Below are positions 32,989 through 43,986 of a stretch of 64,000 nucleotides of DNA, piece by piece; positions within the stretch are counted from its first letter, which is position 1, and each line of letters begins with the position of its first letter. A model generated the notes under the pieces. The model was given only the letters and a program-made list of their open reading frames with translations, did no database searches and was not told the DNA's origin. The stretch covers positions 92,837 to 156,836 of the forward strand of contig JBAMMA010000017.1 of the NCBI GenBank assembly GCA_039794005.1, in the 5' to 3' direction. The DNA is from Thermoplasmata archaeon (lineage in GTDB: Archaea; Thermoplasmatota; Thermoplasmata; Thermoplasmatales; ARK-15). A program made the translations under genes and the position numbers.

Positions 32989-33507
32989 TTGGTATTGGAC
33001 TTAGAGAGTAGAAGGAGGATTTACGAAGCAATAGAAAAAAATCCTGGAATACATTTCAGAGAATTATTGAAAATGCTAAATATTAATACGGGAGAATTAC
33101 AGTACCATTTGGGAGTCTTGATTAAAAATAATTTAATTTCAGAAAAAGAAGTAAACAACATGAAGGTATATTTTCCAACCAAAATGCCAAACCAGAGAAT
33201 GAAAGATGTTTTACCATATCTTAGAAATTATATAACAAAGGCAATTATAATAAATATTGCGATGAATCCTGGAATTAGCCAAAAAGAATTATACAATAAT
33301 ATTAAGGCATCAAACAAAACAATAGCTAGCAATATTTTAAAATTAAAGGAAAGAAAAATAATAAAGGAAGAATTTATAAATAACCTTTGTAAATATTATT
33401 TATATGATGAAGATTTAATAGTAAATACACTTGTGACTTACAAAGAATCACTTTTCGATGAACTCGTACAAAAATTCATAGAATTTATGGAGAAAAATGA
33501 AAAATGA
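32989..33507 (+). CDS. tandem winged-helix transcriptional regulator
   Basis: RRRIYEAIEKNPGIHFREL...LQYHL and a second NPGISQKEL repeat; SD GGTGA, TTG start. Confidence 0.85.
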   Translation: MVLDLESRRRIYEAIEKNPGIHFRELLKMLNINTGELQYHLGVLIKNNLISEKEVNNMKVYFPTKMPNQRMKDVLPYLRNYITKAIIINIAMNPGISQKELYNNIKASNKTIASNILKLKERKIIKEEFINNLCKYYLYDEDLIVNTLVTYKESLFDELVQKFIEFMEKNEK

Positions 33508-33565
33508 TTATTTAAATGATAAATAAAAAAAGAAATTTTTTATATTTATACATTATTATTACTAC

Positions 33566-35017
33566 ATGTTTATTGAAAAATTTTCGGAAATTAGAATTGG
33601 GTATACTTTTGATGATGTATTGTTAATACCATCAAAAACAGAGGTAGATCCAAAGGATGTAAATACAGAAACTAAGCTAACAAGGAACATAAAATTAAAG
33701 ATACCGATAGTGAGTTCTCCCATGGATACTGTAACAGGACCTGAAATGGCAATAGCTATGGCGAGATTGGGTGGAATAGGAATAATTCATAGAAATCAGA
33801 GCATTGAGAGTGAAAGAGAGAGTGTTAGAAAAGTCAAAAGGGAGGAAAGCACAATAATAAGGGATGTTTTTACAGTTTCTCCTGATGATACGATAAAGAA
33901 TGTTTTAAAATATATGAGAGAGAAGAACATAACAGGATTTCCGGTTATGAAAAACGGTGTTTTGGTGGGTATAATCACAGACAGAGATGTGAGATTTTTG
34001 AAAAATCATGATATTAAAGTTGAAGATGTTATGACTAAAAATGTTATTACTGGTAAAGAGGGAATAACGCTTGACGAGGCTTTGGAAATAATGCAAAGAA
34101 ATAAAATTGAAAAGTTACCAATAACAGATGAAAATGGAAAGTTGACAGGATTAATAACAGCTAAGGATATATTAAAGAGAAAAACATATCCAGATGCAGT
34201 CAGAGATGACGATGGGAGACTTCTCGTTGGGGCTGCAGTTGGACCATTTGATGTTAATAGGGCAAAGGTTTTGGAGGAGGGAGGGGCAGATGTACTTGTG
34301 ATAGATACGGCACATGCACATAATAAGAAGGTAATGGAAGGCATAAAAGAGATTAGAAAAAGTGTAAATATTGATATTATTGCCGGGAATATAGCAACAT
34401 CCTCGGCGGCTGAAGATTTAATATCTCTTGAGGTGGATGCTCTCAGGGTGGGAATTGGCCCTGGATCAATATGCACAACAAGAATAGTTGCAGGGGTAGG
34501 AGTTCCACAGTTAACGGCTATTTCTGATGTTGCAGAGGTTGCAGAAAAATATGGTATTCCCATAATTGCAGATGGAGGTATTAGATATTCTGGGGACATT
34601 GTAAAAGCATTAGGTGCTGGAGCACATACAGTAATGTTGGGAAATTTATTGGCTGGAACTGACGAGGCACCGGGTGAAGAAATAACAATTGGAGGAAGAA
34701 AATATAAAACTTATAGAGGCATGGGCTCACTGGGAGTAATACAAAAAGGTATTTCAGACAGATATGGAAAAATTGGTGAGACAAAATATGTACCTGAAGG
34801 TGTTGAAGGTGCAGTACCATATAAAGGTAAGGTTGAAGATGTAATATATCAATTGGTTGGAGGCCTTAAATCAGGCATGGGTTATGTTGGGGCAAAGAAT
34901 ATAGAAGATCTGAGAAAGAACACAAAGTTCATCAGAATGACCGGGGAAGGCCTTAGGGAATCACATCCACATGATATTATGATAATTACAGAATCTCCAA
35001 ATTATCCAAGATTATGA
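33566..35017 (+). CDS. guaB: IMP dehydrogenase (with CBS domains)
   Basis: TFDDVLL, SSPMDTV, GIGPGSICTT, ADGGI, YRGMGS, ESHPHD. Confidence 0.98.
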   Translation: MFIEKFSEIRIGYTFDDVLLIPSKTEVDPKDVNTETKLTRNIKLKIPIVSSPMDTVTGPEMAIAMARLGGIGIIHRNQSIESERESVRKVKREESTIIRDVFTVSPDDTIKNVLKYMREKNITGFPVMKNGVLVGIITDRDVRFLKNHDIKVEDVMTKNVITGKEGITLDEALEIMQRNKIEKLPITDENGKLTGLITAKDILKRKTYPDAVRDDDGRLLVGAAVGPFDVNRAKVLEEGGADVLVIDTAHAHNKKVMEGIKEIRKSVNIDIIAGNIATSSAAEDLISLEVDALRVGIGPGSICTTRIVAGVGVPQLTAISDVAEVAEKYGIPIIADGGIRYSGDIVKALGAGAHTVMLGNLLAGTDEAPGEEITIGGRKYKTYRGMGSLGVIQKGISDRYGKIGETKYVPEGVEGAVPYKGKVEDVIYQLVGGLKSGMGYVGAKNIEDLRKNTKFIRMTGEGLRESHPHDIMIITESPNYPRL

Positions 35018-37656
35018 AAAATAAAATTTTTTATAAAGCATTTATTATTTTAATAATTTTCATAATGTTTTCAGAAACATACATAAATATTAATTTATAT
35101 ATAAAAAACAATAATAAAATTTTTAAAAATTTAAATTTAAATGTTTCAAATTTTTCTGTATATTATGGAAGCGTAAACGATAGCATTATAAATTACTTAA
35201 ATAAATATGATTTGGTTATATTGCAACATTGGGCAGTTTCTTCATATAATCTCTCAAAAATTAAAGCGATAAAGATTGCTTACATCGATCTTGGGGAATA
35301 TGATAACTCTACATATCCAAACTGTACAATAAATCTTACAGGAATTGTGATTGGTTATGACAATCAATGGAATCAACCAATTGTTAATGTTTCTTCACAA
35401 AAATGGATAAACTATACAATTTGCAGGGTAAAATATGACATAAAATTAGGTTTTAATGGAGTTATGTTTGATGATTTGGATGTTGTAGAGGAGTATCCTT
35501 GGGAGGCAAGTGGATTTATTAAGATAATTTCACTCATAAGGCAAGAGTTCAAAAATATATACATTGGTATAAATAGAGGATTTGAACTAATTAAAAACGT
35601 TTCTGAATACATTAATTTTGTATTATACGAAGATTTTGGTACATATTATAATTTTAATTCCAATGGATATAATTTTTTGAACTTTTCACAATTGGAAAAT
35701 TTAAGTAATAATATAAATGAAATAAAATCATACGGAATTCAGGTTCTTGCACTTGGATATTCCCCTGCAGACTGCAACTATTATACATATTTTGATAGTT
35801 ATATTGCTAATAAATTAAATGTGCCTTTGTATATAGGTAATTGGAATTTAACATCTTTATATAATCAATGCAATTTTACATTTAATCTTTATGAAATCAT
35901 GAAAAATTACAATGAGATGATAGTGGAACAGGCAAATTATATATTGAATTCCCAGCTGGATGATGGAGCAATTAAAATATCAATAAATAGCAATAAAATA
36001 ATACCATACATTTCGAATATCGCTTCGATTGGCCTTATATATGCTTACGAATTGACTGGAAATGAAAGTTATTTAAATTCTGCTAAGAAATGGATTGAAT
36101 GGTATTCCATTCACCAAAATATAAATAAAGATAATGAAGGCATAGTCGGAACAATATATAATTATAACATTTCAAATGGTTTAGAATTATCAACAAATTA
36201 TTACAATAGTAGCGATTCATACGCCGCCACATTTTTAATATTAATATATGATTATTACAATTTGACAGGAAACATAACCTTCATTAAAGAGGAGTATAAA
36301 AATATAAAACTCGCTTTAAATGCAATATTTTATACTATGGATAATAATTCAACCTATGCTAAGCCAAATTTAAAAGTAAAATATCTAATTGATAATTCTG
36401 AGGTTTATTTGGCTCTGCATGATTCAGCAAAAATTTTCAAATTGTTCAACGTTTCATATTCAAATTATTTAAATAACATATCAAACTCTGTTAAATACAA
36501 TATTTTAAATTACTTTTTAATAAATAACACATTTTTCGATTGGTCTATTAATGGTACAATAAACATTTCTAATTATTATCCCGATATTAACGCAAATTAT
36601 TGGCCTATAATTTTTGGTGTGATTAAATGGAATTCATCAATATCAAATAACATTTTCAATTTTTTATTAAACGTTTCATATTATAATCAGGCCATTAATA
36701 TAACAAATTTAGACCTGTCAGCAGCATACTATTCAACAATCATGGGTCGCAACAATATATCCCAAATTATCATAAACAGTATTTTATCAATGGGAAATTA
36801 CACAAATTGCTGGAATGTTGAGGATAGTTCCTAGATAATTCAATCATACTTTTTAATAAAACCCGATAATACCGTTATAAAATCTTTTAATTTAAAATAT
36901 TTTAAAAATATATTAATCTTGAATTTGACCATTTTAAAAAATAACAACTCAAAAATTTTAATCTATATTCCGTGGAATTTTTATTTGTATTCAAATTGTA
37001 ACTATTCAAATGAAAAATTTAACAATGATAGTTATATTGATATAAATAATTTTGATTCAAATAACATTTCATTGTATTACTTTTTCAATAACAATGAAAA
37101 ATATATGATAAAAATAATTGAAAATGGTATAAAAAACAAATCATGGGGTGTGATAATAAATAATAAAATTTTTTATTCAAATAATAATTCTATAATTATT
37201 TATTTGCCGGCTGGGTTATATAAATATTCCATAATACCTGAAAATGGTTTTTATGTTATGAATGCAACCGGTTATTTACTGTTATTTAAAAACGATACCA
37301 TCTATGTTAATTTTATAAAAACATTATACTATTATAATGTAACTTTTATATTGAATGGATCAGAAAATTTAACATGGTATATTAAGATAAATAATATGAC
37401 ATATGAAGTAAAAAATATATCAATTACATTAAGGGAAATTAATGGAACCTATTTTTATTCCATAATTCCACCAGATGGATATATTGTCAATAAAACAAAT
37501 GGTGTTTTTATCGTTAATGGAAGCGATATTATAATTACATTGGAAATTAAAAAGGTGGAGAATTATAATTATTTATATTGTATTTTAATATTTTTTGTAA
37601 TTTTATTATCTTTAATTTTTATAATTAAAAGAATTAAGTTAGGAAGAGGCCCTTAA
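35014..37656 (+). pseudogene. membrane-anchored multidomain glycoside hydrolase (PelA/GH114-like TIM barrel + helical glycosidase-like domain + thermopsin-like repeats), interrupted by in-frame TAG at 36832-36834
   Basis: AYIDLGE, GFNGVMFDDLD, NRGFEL, LYEDF; DSYAATF, KYLIDNSEVY. ORFs 35014-36834 and 36919-37656 share a frame and the 84 nt between them are open. C-terminal TM followed by KRIK. Confidence 0.7.
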
Positions 37657-38266
37657 TTCCTTCCACTACAAATTCCACCGCCATTGCTGCCAATATAAGT
37701 CCCAAAATCCTGGAAAGTATTTGGTTACCAGTTTTACCTAAATATTTAAAGAAAAATTCTGAAAAGTATAATAATATATATGATATTGCCATCGTTAATA
37801 AAATTGATACTACAACTAATGAAATTTCAAAATAATTTGTACTTTTTTCTGTTATGTATATAATTACAGTTGTGATGGCACCAGGACCTGCCAAAAGTGG
37901 AACTCCTAGAGGTACTACGCCTATTGATTCTCTCTCTTCAATTTCCTGTCTTTCGGATTCTGAAAGTCTAGATCTTGTATACTTACCATGCATCATATCG
38001 AATGCAATTTTAAACAGAAGTAGACCGCCAGCAATTTTAAAAACGTAAACATTTATGTTGAATATTGCAAATATGACATTTCCCCCAAAACCGAATATCA
38101 ATAAAACAGCAAATGCAACCAGAATGCTGTTTTTTAATATTTTCAGTTTTTCTTCTCTTGGCATATTTTGTGTCATTGTAAAGAAAAATGGTATTGAACC
38201 AAAGGGATTTACTACTGAAAATATTGCAACGAAACTGGATATAAAAAATACTAGATCAAATACCAC
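37634..38266 (-). CDS. MarC family membrane protein
   Basis: VNPFG, FKIAGGLLL, VPLGVPLLAGPGAI, RILGLILAAMAVE. Confidence 0.92.
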   Translation of the reverse strand: MVFDLVFFISSFVAIFSVVNPFGSIPFFFTMTQNMPREEKLKILKNSILVAFAVLLIFGFGGNVIFAIFNINVYVFKIAGGLLLFKIAFDMMHGKYTRSRLSESERQEIEERESIGVVPLGVPLLAGPGAITTVIIYITEKSTNYFEISLVVVSILLTMAISYILLYFSEFFFKYLGKTGNQILSRILGLILAAMAVEFVVEGIKGLFLT

Positions 38267-38412
38267 AAAGAAGAATTGAAAATTTATTATTTAAATGTTC
38301 TTTTCATTTATTTTCGTCCCCGCTTTTTGTTTCATTTGACTGCTGTACCTGACCTTAAGGCAGATTCCCCAGATGTAGAATGTACATGTTGAAATAGGGT
38401 GTTCCGAGGAAT

Positions 38413-39480
38413 ATGTTTGTTGCAGCTGGATCGACGGAGACTTCAGCAAAGATAAATGGAAATTTCAATATCAAGATCCTAGATTCATTATATTCTTCCA
38501 GCTTATCTTTAATCCAGGGTTATTCAGTATTAAATGCTGGAAATTATTATATAAATACAACGATGACACCGCTCCACGGACAGAATGTTAATCCTGACGG
38601 GGCTGGAATAATTCTTGCAGTTTATGTTTTTTCACCATCATATTTTTATTTACCAAGCAAATATAATGTGAATTTTGTTGAATCCGGCCTCCCTGCTGGA
38701 ACAACCTGGACCGTAACCCTGAATAACATAACACAATCATCCCAGAACAATGTAATACAGTTTACAGAATACAATGGATCATATCAGTACAGAATATCCA
38801 TGGCAAATGGAATGACACCAAATCCCGGATATGGGAATATTTTTGTGAACGGCTCATCATTGAACGTATCAATAGAATTCATGCCACCGGGAAAATATAT
38901 GGTAACATTCCAACCGGAAGGTCTGAATCCAAATGATGAGTATTCGGTAACAATTGATAATTCAACACATAATGCATTTGGAAATCAAACAATAATATTT
39001 TCTCTGATTAACGGGACGTACAGCTATAAAATAGTAATGCCTTCAGGTTATATCGTATATCCACAATCTGGAATTGTATCTGTATCGGGTAAGAATGTTG
39101 TTATAAAGATATTCTTTATGCCTAAACAATACCGTATAACCATTATTGAAAACGGTCTTCCACCTGGGACTTTATGGTGGGTAACTTTCAAAGGACAGAA
39201 TTATACTTCAACATCACAGGAGATAAATATTTCTGCCTCGGACGGAAATTATGCAATTTATTTTTCATCACCTCAGGGATATGAACCGGACAAAAATTAT
39301 ATCTCTGTTGATATAAACAATTCCAACTCTACGGTTAAAGTTTCATATTCATACATATCACCATCAAATATAAGTTTCCTGAATTCACCAACATATCTTC
39401 TTGTAATCTCATTATTATTATTTACAGTACTCACACTTTTTTTATATGTGATTTTTAGAGGTGTTAAGAATGTCCTATAA
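38413..39480 (+). CDS. thermopsin-like / surface protein with repeated beta domains and C-terminal TM, probably 5'-truncated
   Basis: Three repeats (FVESGLPAGTTW, FQPEGLNP, IENGLPPGTLW) and a C-terminal TM; no signal peptide at the start. Confidence 0.7.
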   Translation: MFVAAGSTETSAKINGNFNIKILDSLYSSSLSLIQGYSVLNAGNYYINTTMTPLHGQNVNPDGAGIILAVYVFSPSYFYLPSKYNVNFVESGLPAGTTWTVTLNNITQSSQNNVIQFTEYNGSYQYRISMANGMTPNPGYGNIFVNGSSLNVSIEFMPPGKYMVTFQPEGLNPNDEYSVTIDNSTHNAFGNQTIIFSLINGTYSYKIVMPSGYIVYPQSGIVSVSGKNVVIKIFFMPKQYRITIIENGLPPGTLWWVTFKGQNYTSTSQEINISASDGNYAIYFSSPQGYEPDKNYISVDINNSNSTVKVSYSYISPSNISFLNSPTYLLVISLLLFTVLTLFLYVIFRGVKNVL

Positions 39481-40514
39481 TCCGATGAATAAAAATGTAA
39501 AACTAAGATCCAAGGAAAAAATGATAAAAAATGGAATACTATTGATTGCAATAGGTTTAATTTTTTCAGCTATACCATATTTGGGTTCCGTTTTGACTAT
39601 CCTTATCCTTATTGGATTTATTTACATATTAATAGGATACAGGAATCATTCTCAAGCATACGCGAAAATAGCAAAATATGCATTTGTTTTATTTCTAGTA
39701 GCAATTGTTCTGGAAATAATAGGTGCATCTTATGACCTTTCTCTTCTTTTTGGACTGAACAATGTGAGCTCAATTTCTTATGGAAAAATAATATCATTTT
39801 TTGGATCCCTTCATTTTCTTTGTTGTTTTATCCTACATTTTTCTGGGTGCTTCAATGTTTATGGTTCTATATCCAGTTTTTCCAAAAAAATCTTACGTAC
39901 TTCTTTGGATCATATTTCTCATTACATTCTTAATTATACTTTCTATAGGATATGAACAGATGTCAACCCTGAACACTATGTACTATCAGAACCTGACACT
40001 GAACAACGTTGGCGTTTTAAACTCTGTTGTAGGAAACATTGAAGGTTCCGCAGCACTGTTCAATATATTGTGGGCAATAATGTTCTTTCTCGGTTATGTT
40101 TTTGCAAAGAGGAAATTTTCCACATTAAATTATGGAAATGTTTCTAAGGGTCAGGTTCACCAGACAAATAAATGCCCGAACTGCGGGGCAGAAAATCCAA
40201 TAGAGGCAAAGCACTGTATGAAATGTGGTATGCCACTTGCACCCATTTTTGGAGGGCAGGGAATCAGGTGCCCGAACTGCGGTTTAACAAATCCACCAAA
40301 CGTTCAAAATTGCATAGTGTGCGGATATCCTCTGTACAACCAAAATAATTTGCAAGGAAATATCCAGACACAGAATAATAGCCAAGGATATTTTTCATCA
40401 TATAGTAATCAGGGAACCGATAATCAGAATAATTACATTACATGTCCAAACTGTGGATATTTAAATCCACCAGAAGCAACATACTGTCTTAAATGCGGCT
40501 ATAGGCTTAAATAA
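39470..40514 (+). pseudogene. multi-TM membrane protein with three C-terminal zinc ribbons, frameshifted at T6 (39797-39802)
   Basis: Two overlapping ORFs join into one if a single T is removed (..IISF LDPFIFF..). Six CxxC motifs; SD GAGGTG before ATG 39470. May be a sequencing error. Confidence 0.7.
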
Positions 40515-41395
40515 TCATTACTTTTTTATATAAAATTTATTAATTATCAGAAAATCATGCTGATTAAAACCCAACTATTTATTTTTAAACAAACTATTTT
40601 GTTTTATTCAGTATTTTAATAAAATTTCAATATCTTTATATTTATAAATCATGATCCTTGAAAATATTAAAAGAATATCACAGAAACTATATTTTCCATA
40701 TTATATAATCAGTACATAAAATAAAACAATTTCAATATAAAAGCATTTCAAAAGAAAATAAATTAGATCTTAAACAATTAGATTCATAGAATTCTGAGAT
40801 AATGAATAAAGGCAGGAAAAATTGGCTGGATTGAAAGAGAATAATGGTAAAAATATACAGAATATGGACTAATTTGAATAATAAAATGGATTACGTTGCA
40901 ACAGATGATGATAAATTAAGGCTTATAATTCAATTTAGAGGATATGAAAATACCAAAACGTGAATTATTAAATGAATTAATAAAAGAAATAAAAAATACG
41001 TAAAACAATTAAAAGAAAAAAGCAAACAATTTACATTATCAGTAGATTGAAAAGACTACCGAAAGAGTGAATTTTAGAAATAAAAAAAATTGATAAATAT
41101 AAGGAAAAGGGTAAAATAAAGATAGTAAAACGAAAAATTGGAAAGTCTAATTTTTTCATTAAAATATTTAAAGAAATATTTTGATATGCGGGAAGAAGTA
41201 GTAAAATATTACAATTACTAAATGATTAATATTAGACGTATGAAGATATAATAATAATTTAGAGACAGGGAAAAGTTAAATGAATATGATGCTTTAAAAT
41301 AAAGAATAAGGGGATAAAAAATAAAACGATTTTTTGATATTATATATTTCATTAAAATTCGATAAAGTTAAATTTATGAATTTATATTAATAATT

Positions 41396-42103
41396 ATGTG
41401 GAATAAAAAGACTGAAAAATTGTATTTGGATGATTCCTATTTAAAAGAGTTCAATTCTAAAGTTTTAGAATATAGAGAAAATGAAATATTGCTTGAGAAA
41501 ACAGCATTCTATCCAGAGGGAGGAGGGCAACCTTCTGATAAAGGAAAAATATTTACAAATTTAGAATACAACGTTATTAATGTTTATAAAGATAATGATG
41601 CGGTTATACATGTATTAGACAAACCATTCGATGGTTCTGAAGAGGTGAAAGGAATAATAGATTGGAATTTAAGATATTTACATATGAGGCATCACACAGC
41701 AATACATATCTTAAGTGGTATTTTTTATAATAAATATAAAGCGAAGATTACTGGTTCCCAAATATATCCAGATCGTGCGAGAATGGATATAAACTATGAG
41801 TTGAAAAGGGATGAAATACCAGAAATAGAAAATTTAGCGAATGAAATAGTTAAAAACGATTATGAAATAAAAATTTATTATATTGATAAAAAGGACTTTA
41901 ACGATAATCTTGTAAGAGTAAGAGAAGACCTACTTCCAGATGTTGATAAAATTAGAATTGTTGAAATATCAAATTTTGACATGCAGGCTGATGGTGGAAC
42001 CCATGTGAAAAGAACGTCTGAAGTGGGGAAAATAAGAATTTCAAAATATGAAAATAAAGGAAAAAATAATAAAAGAATATACATAACATTAGAAAAAGAT
42101 TAG
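41396..42103 (+). CDS. alaX: alanyl-tRNA editing protein AlaX-M
   Basis: TAFYPEGGGQPSD, MRHHTAIH, ADGGTHV. Confidence 0.92.
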   Translation: MWNKKTEKLYLDDSYLKEFNSKVLEYRENEILLEKTAFYPEGGGQPSDKGKIFTNLEYNVINVYKDNDAVIHVLDKPFDGSEEVKGIIDWNLRYLHMRHHTAIHILSGIFYNKYKAKITGSQIYPDRARMDINYELKRDEIPEIENLANEIVKNDYEIKIYYIDKKDFNDNLVRVREDLLPDVDKIRIVEISNFDMQADGGTHVKRTSEVGKIRISKYENKGKNNKRIYITLEKD

Positions 42104-42104
42104 A

Positions 42105-43148
42105 ATGGAGACTAAAATCTTAAATATTGATCCAAACAACATAGATATTGAGAAAATTTTAATCGCTTCAGATGTAATTAAAAAAGGAGGGTTAGTTGCA
42201 TTTCCAACCGAAACTGTTTATGGCCTTGGTGCAGATGCATTTAATGAAAATGCCGTGAAAAAAATATTTATTGCAAAAGTGAGACCTAACGATAATCCTC
42301 TAATTGTCCATATAACAGAAAAAATTGACATAAATGATATCGTTGAATACTTCCCAGAAAATGCAATTTTATTAAAGAATAAATTCTGGCCGGGACCTTT
42401 AACAATGATTTTACCAAAGTCAAAAAGAATACCATTTGTTGTAACAGGAAACCTCAACACTGTTGCGGTGAGAATGCCTTCCCATAATATTGCAAAATCT
42501 TTGATTAACTATTCTGGATGCCCGATAGCAGCTCCAAGCGCGAATATATCCGGAAAACCCAGTCCAACAAAGGCTGAACATGTGATAAAAGATATGTTTG
42601 GAAAGATTGATGTTATAATAGATGGTGGTCAAACTGACATAGGTTTGGAATCAACGGTTATTGATTTAACAAAAGATATTCCAATAATTTATAGGCCCGG
42701 GAAAATCACAGTTGAAGAAATTGAAAAAGTAATTGGAAAAGTTGAGTTAAGTCCTATTGCAAAAGCAGAATTGAGGATGGATAATATCATAGCAATGTCT
42801 CCAGGAATGAAATACAGACATTATTCTCCAGATACCCCCTTAATTTTATACGAGGGGGAAGGTGATAAAGTTATAAATGCAATGGAAAATGATTTAAATG
42901 TTTTAAAAAATAATAATAAAAAGGTTGCTCTAATATTGTTAGATAATTACATAAAATCTGATATGACAATAGTATTTAATTCTAAAGATTTGGAGAATAT
43001 TGCTAGAAATATATTTTCTACATTGAGGGAATTAGATAAATATAAATTTGATTACATATTAGTCCAGGGAGTTGATGATCAAGGTCTTGGCCTTGCAATA
43101 ATGAATAGATTGAGAAAAGCCTCTACAAATATAGTTAAAGTGGAATAA
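42105..43148 (+). CDS. sua5: L-threonylcarbamoyladenylate synthase
   Basis: FPTETVYGL, NPLIVH, WPGPLT, APSAN.SG, PGMKYRHY, AIMNRL. Confidence 0.96.
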   Translation: METKILNIDPNNIDIEKILIASDVIKKGGLVAFPTETVYGLGADAFNENAVKKIFIAKVRPNDNPLIVHITEKIDINDIVEYFPENAILLKNKFWPGPLTMILPKSKRIPFVVTGNLNTVAVRMPSHNIAKSLINYSGCPIAAPSANISGKPSPTKAEHVIKDMFGKIDVIIDGGQTDIGLESTVIDLTKDIPIIYRPGKITVEEIEKVIGKVELSPIAKAELRMDNIIAMSPGMKYRHYSPDTPLILYEGEGDKVINAMENDLNVLKNNNKKVALILLDNYIKSDMTIVFNSKDLENIARNIFSTLRELDKYKFDYILVQGVDDQGLGLAIMNRLRKASTNIVKVE

Positions 43149-43200
43149 AGGTACAAAAAAATAAAAATATTAGTTAATACTTTTAAAAAATTAGATTAGA

Positions 43201-43986
43201 ATGAAATATTTAATATTATTAATATCCGTGGTTCTTATTTCGTCAATTTCATCGGCAGGAAATATTAATATTGGAATTAATGGCCTTAATTCTTTGATTT
43301 ATAATAATCAAAAAATAATTGAATTTATCCATTTCTATCCGAATCCATATGGTGTTTGGATAAATGATTCAAACATATACGAATATTCAAATGGATATGT
43401 TGATATGCAAATTGTACCATTGCCAGGACCAATGATTTTAATGCATTTCAATGGTTCCGGTCGTTCCGTGATGAAATTTTTTGATTATGTTTATAAGGAT
43501 ATTACGTTTAATGGATTTCAAGATAACAATTCTTTGATTTATGGAAGATGTGTTGGAGTTAATATAAACGTTTCCAAGAATTATGTTAATGTATCGTGGT
43601 ACCATAATGCCTCAATGGTTTTGATAATAAATCCAAATCTTGATTTTAATAAAAATACAAATTTATTATTTACACCATATAATATATCAATTACAGTGGT
43701 ATACAATGGTATTACGTTATCATATCCAACTTCTGATGTAAAGTTGAATGGCACGTCTATAATGTATAATAAAAACAGGCCTCTATTGTTATATTCAAAT
43801 ATTAATATAAACAAATTTTATATCGATAATACAAACAAGGTGTTAAATCTAAAAGAAAGTAATTATGGATATTATGCATTAATCAACATTGAGAATAATA
43901 ATGGAATAGATTATAATTGTTATATCTTGAGTCTTATATTGATAATAATTGTATCTTCACTGATCTACAGGGTAGGGAGAAAATGA
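43201..43986 (+). CDS. hypothetical secreted, C-terminally anchored protein
   Basis: Signal peptide, Asn-rich body, C-terminal TM. Confidence 0.7.
   Translation: MKYLILLISVVLISSISSAGNINIGINGLNSLIYNNQKIIEFIHFYPNPYGVWINDSNIYEYSNGYVDMQIVPLPGPMILMHFNGSGRSVMKFFDYVYKDITFNGFQDNNSLIYGRCVGVNINVSKNYVNVSWYHNASMVLIINPNLDFNKNTNLLFTPYNISITVVYNGITLSYPTSDVKLNGTSIMYNKNRPLLLYSNININKFYIDNTNKVLNLKESNYGYYALINIENNNGIDYNCYILSLILIIIVSSLIYRVGRK

Noticed and set aside
34006-34599. Long antisense or shadow ORFs (for example 34006-34599, 27366-27926, 29608-30051, 7011-7388, 374-595)
   Set aside because: They lie opposite better-supported genes and have no motifs; expected artefacts of codon bias
36832-36834. Pyrrolysine decoding of the in-frame TAG
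   Set aside because: No pyl genes in the window and TAG terminates alaX; a Trp nonsense change or a sequencing error is simpler
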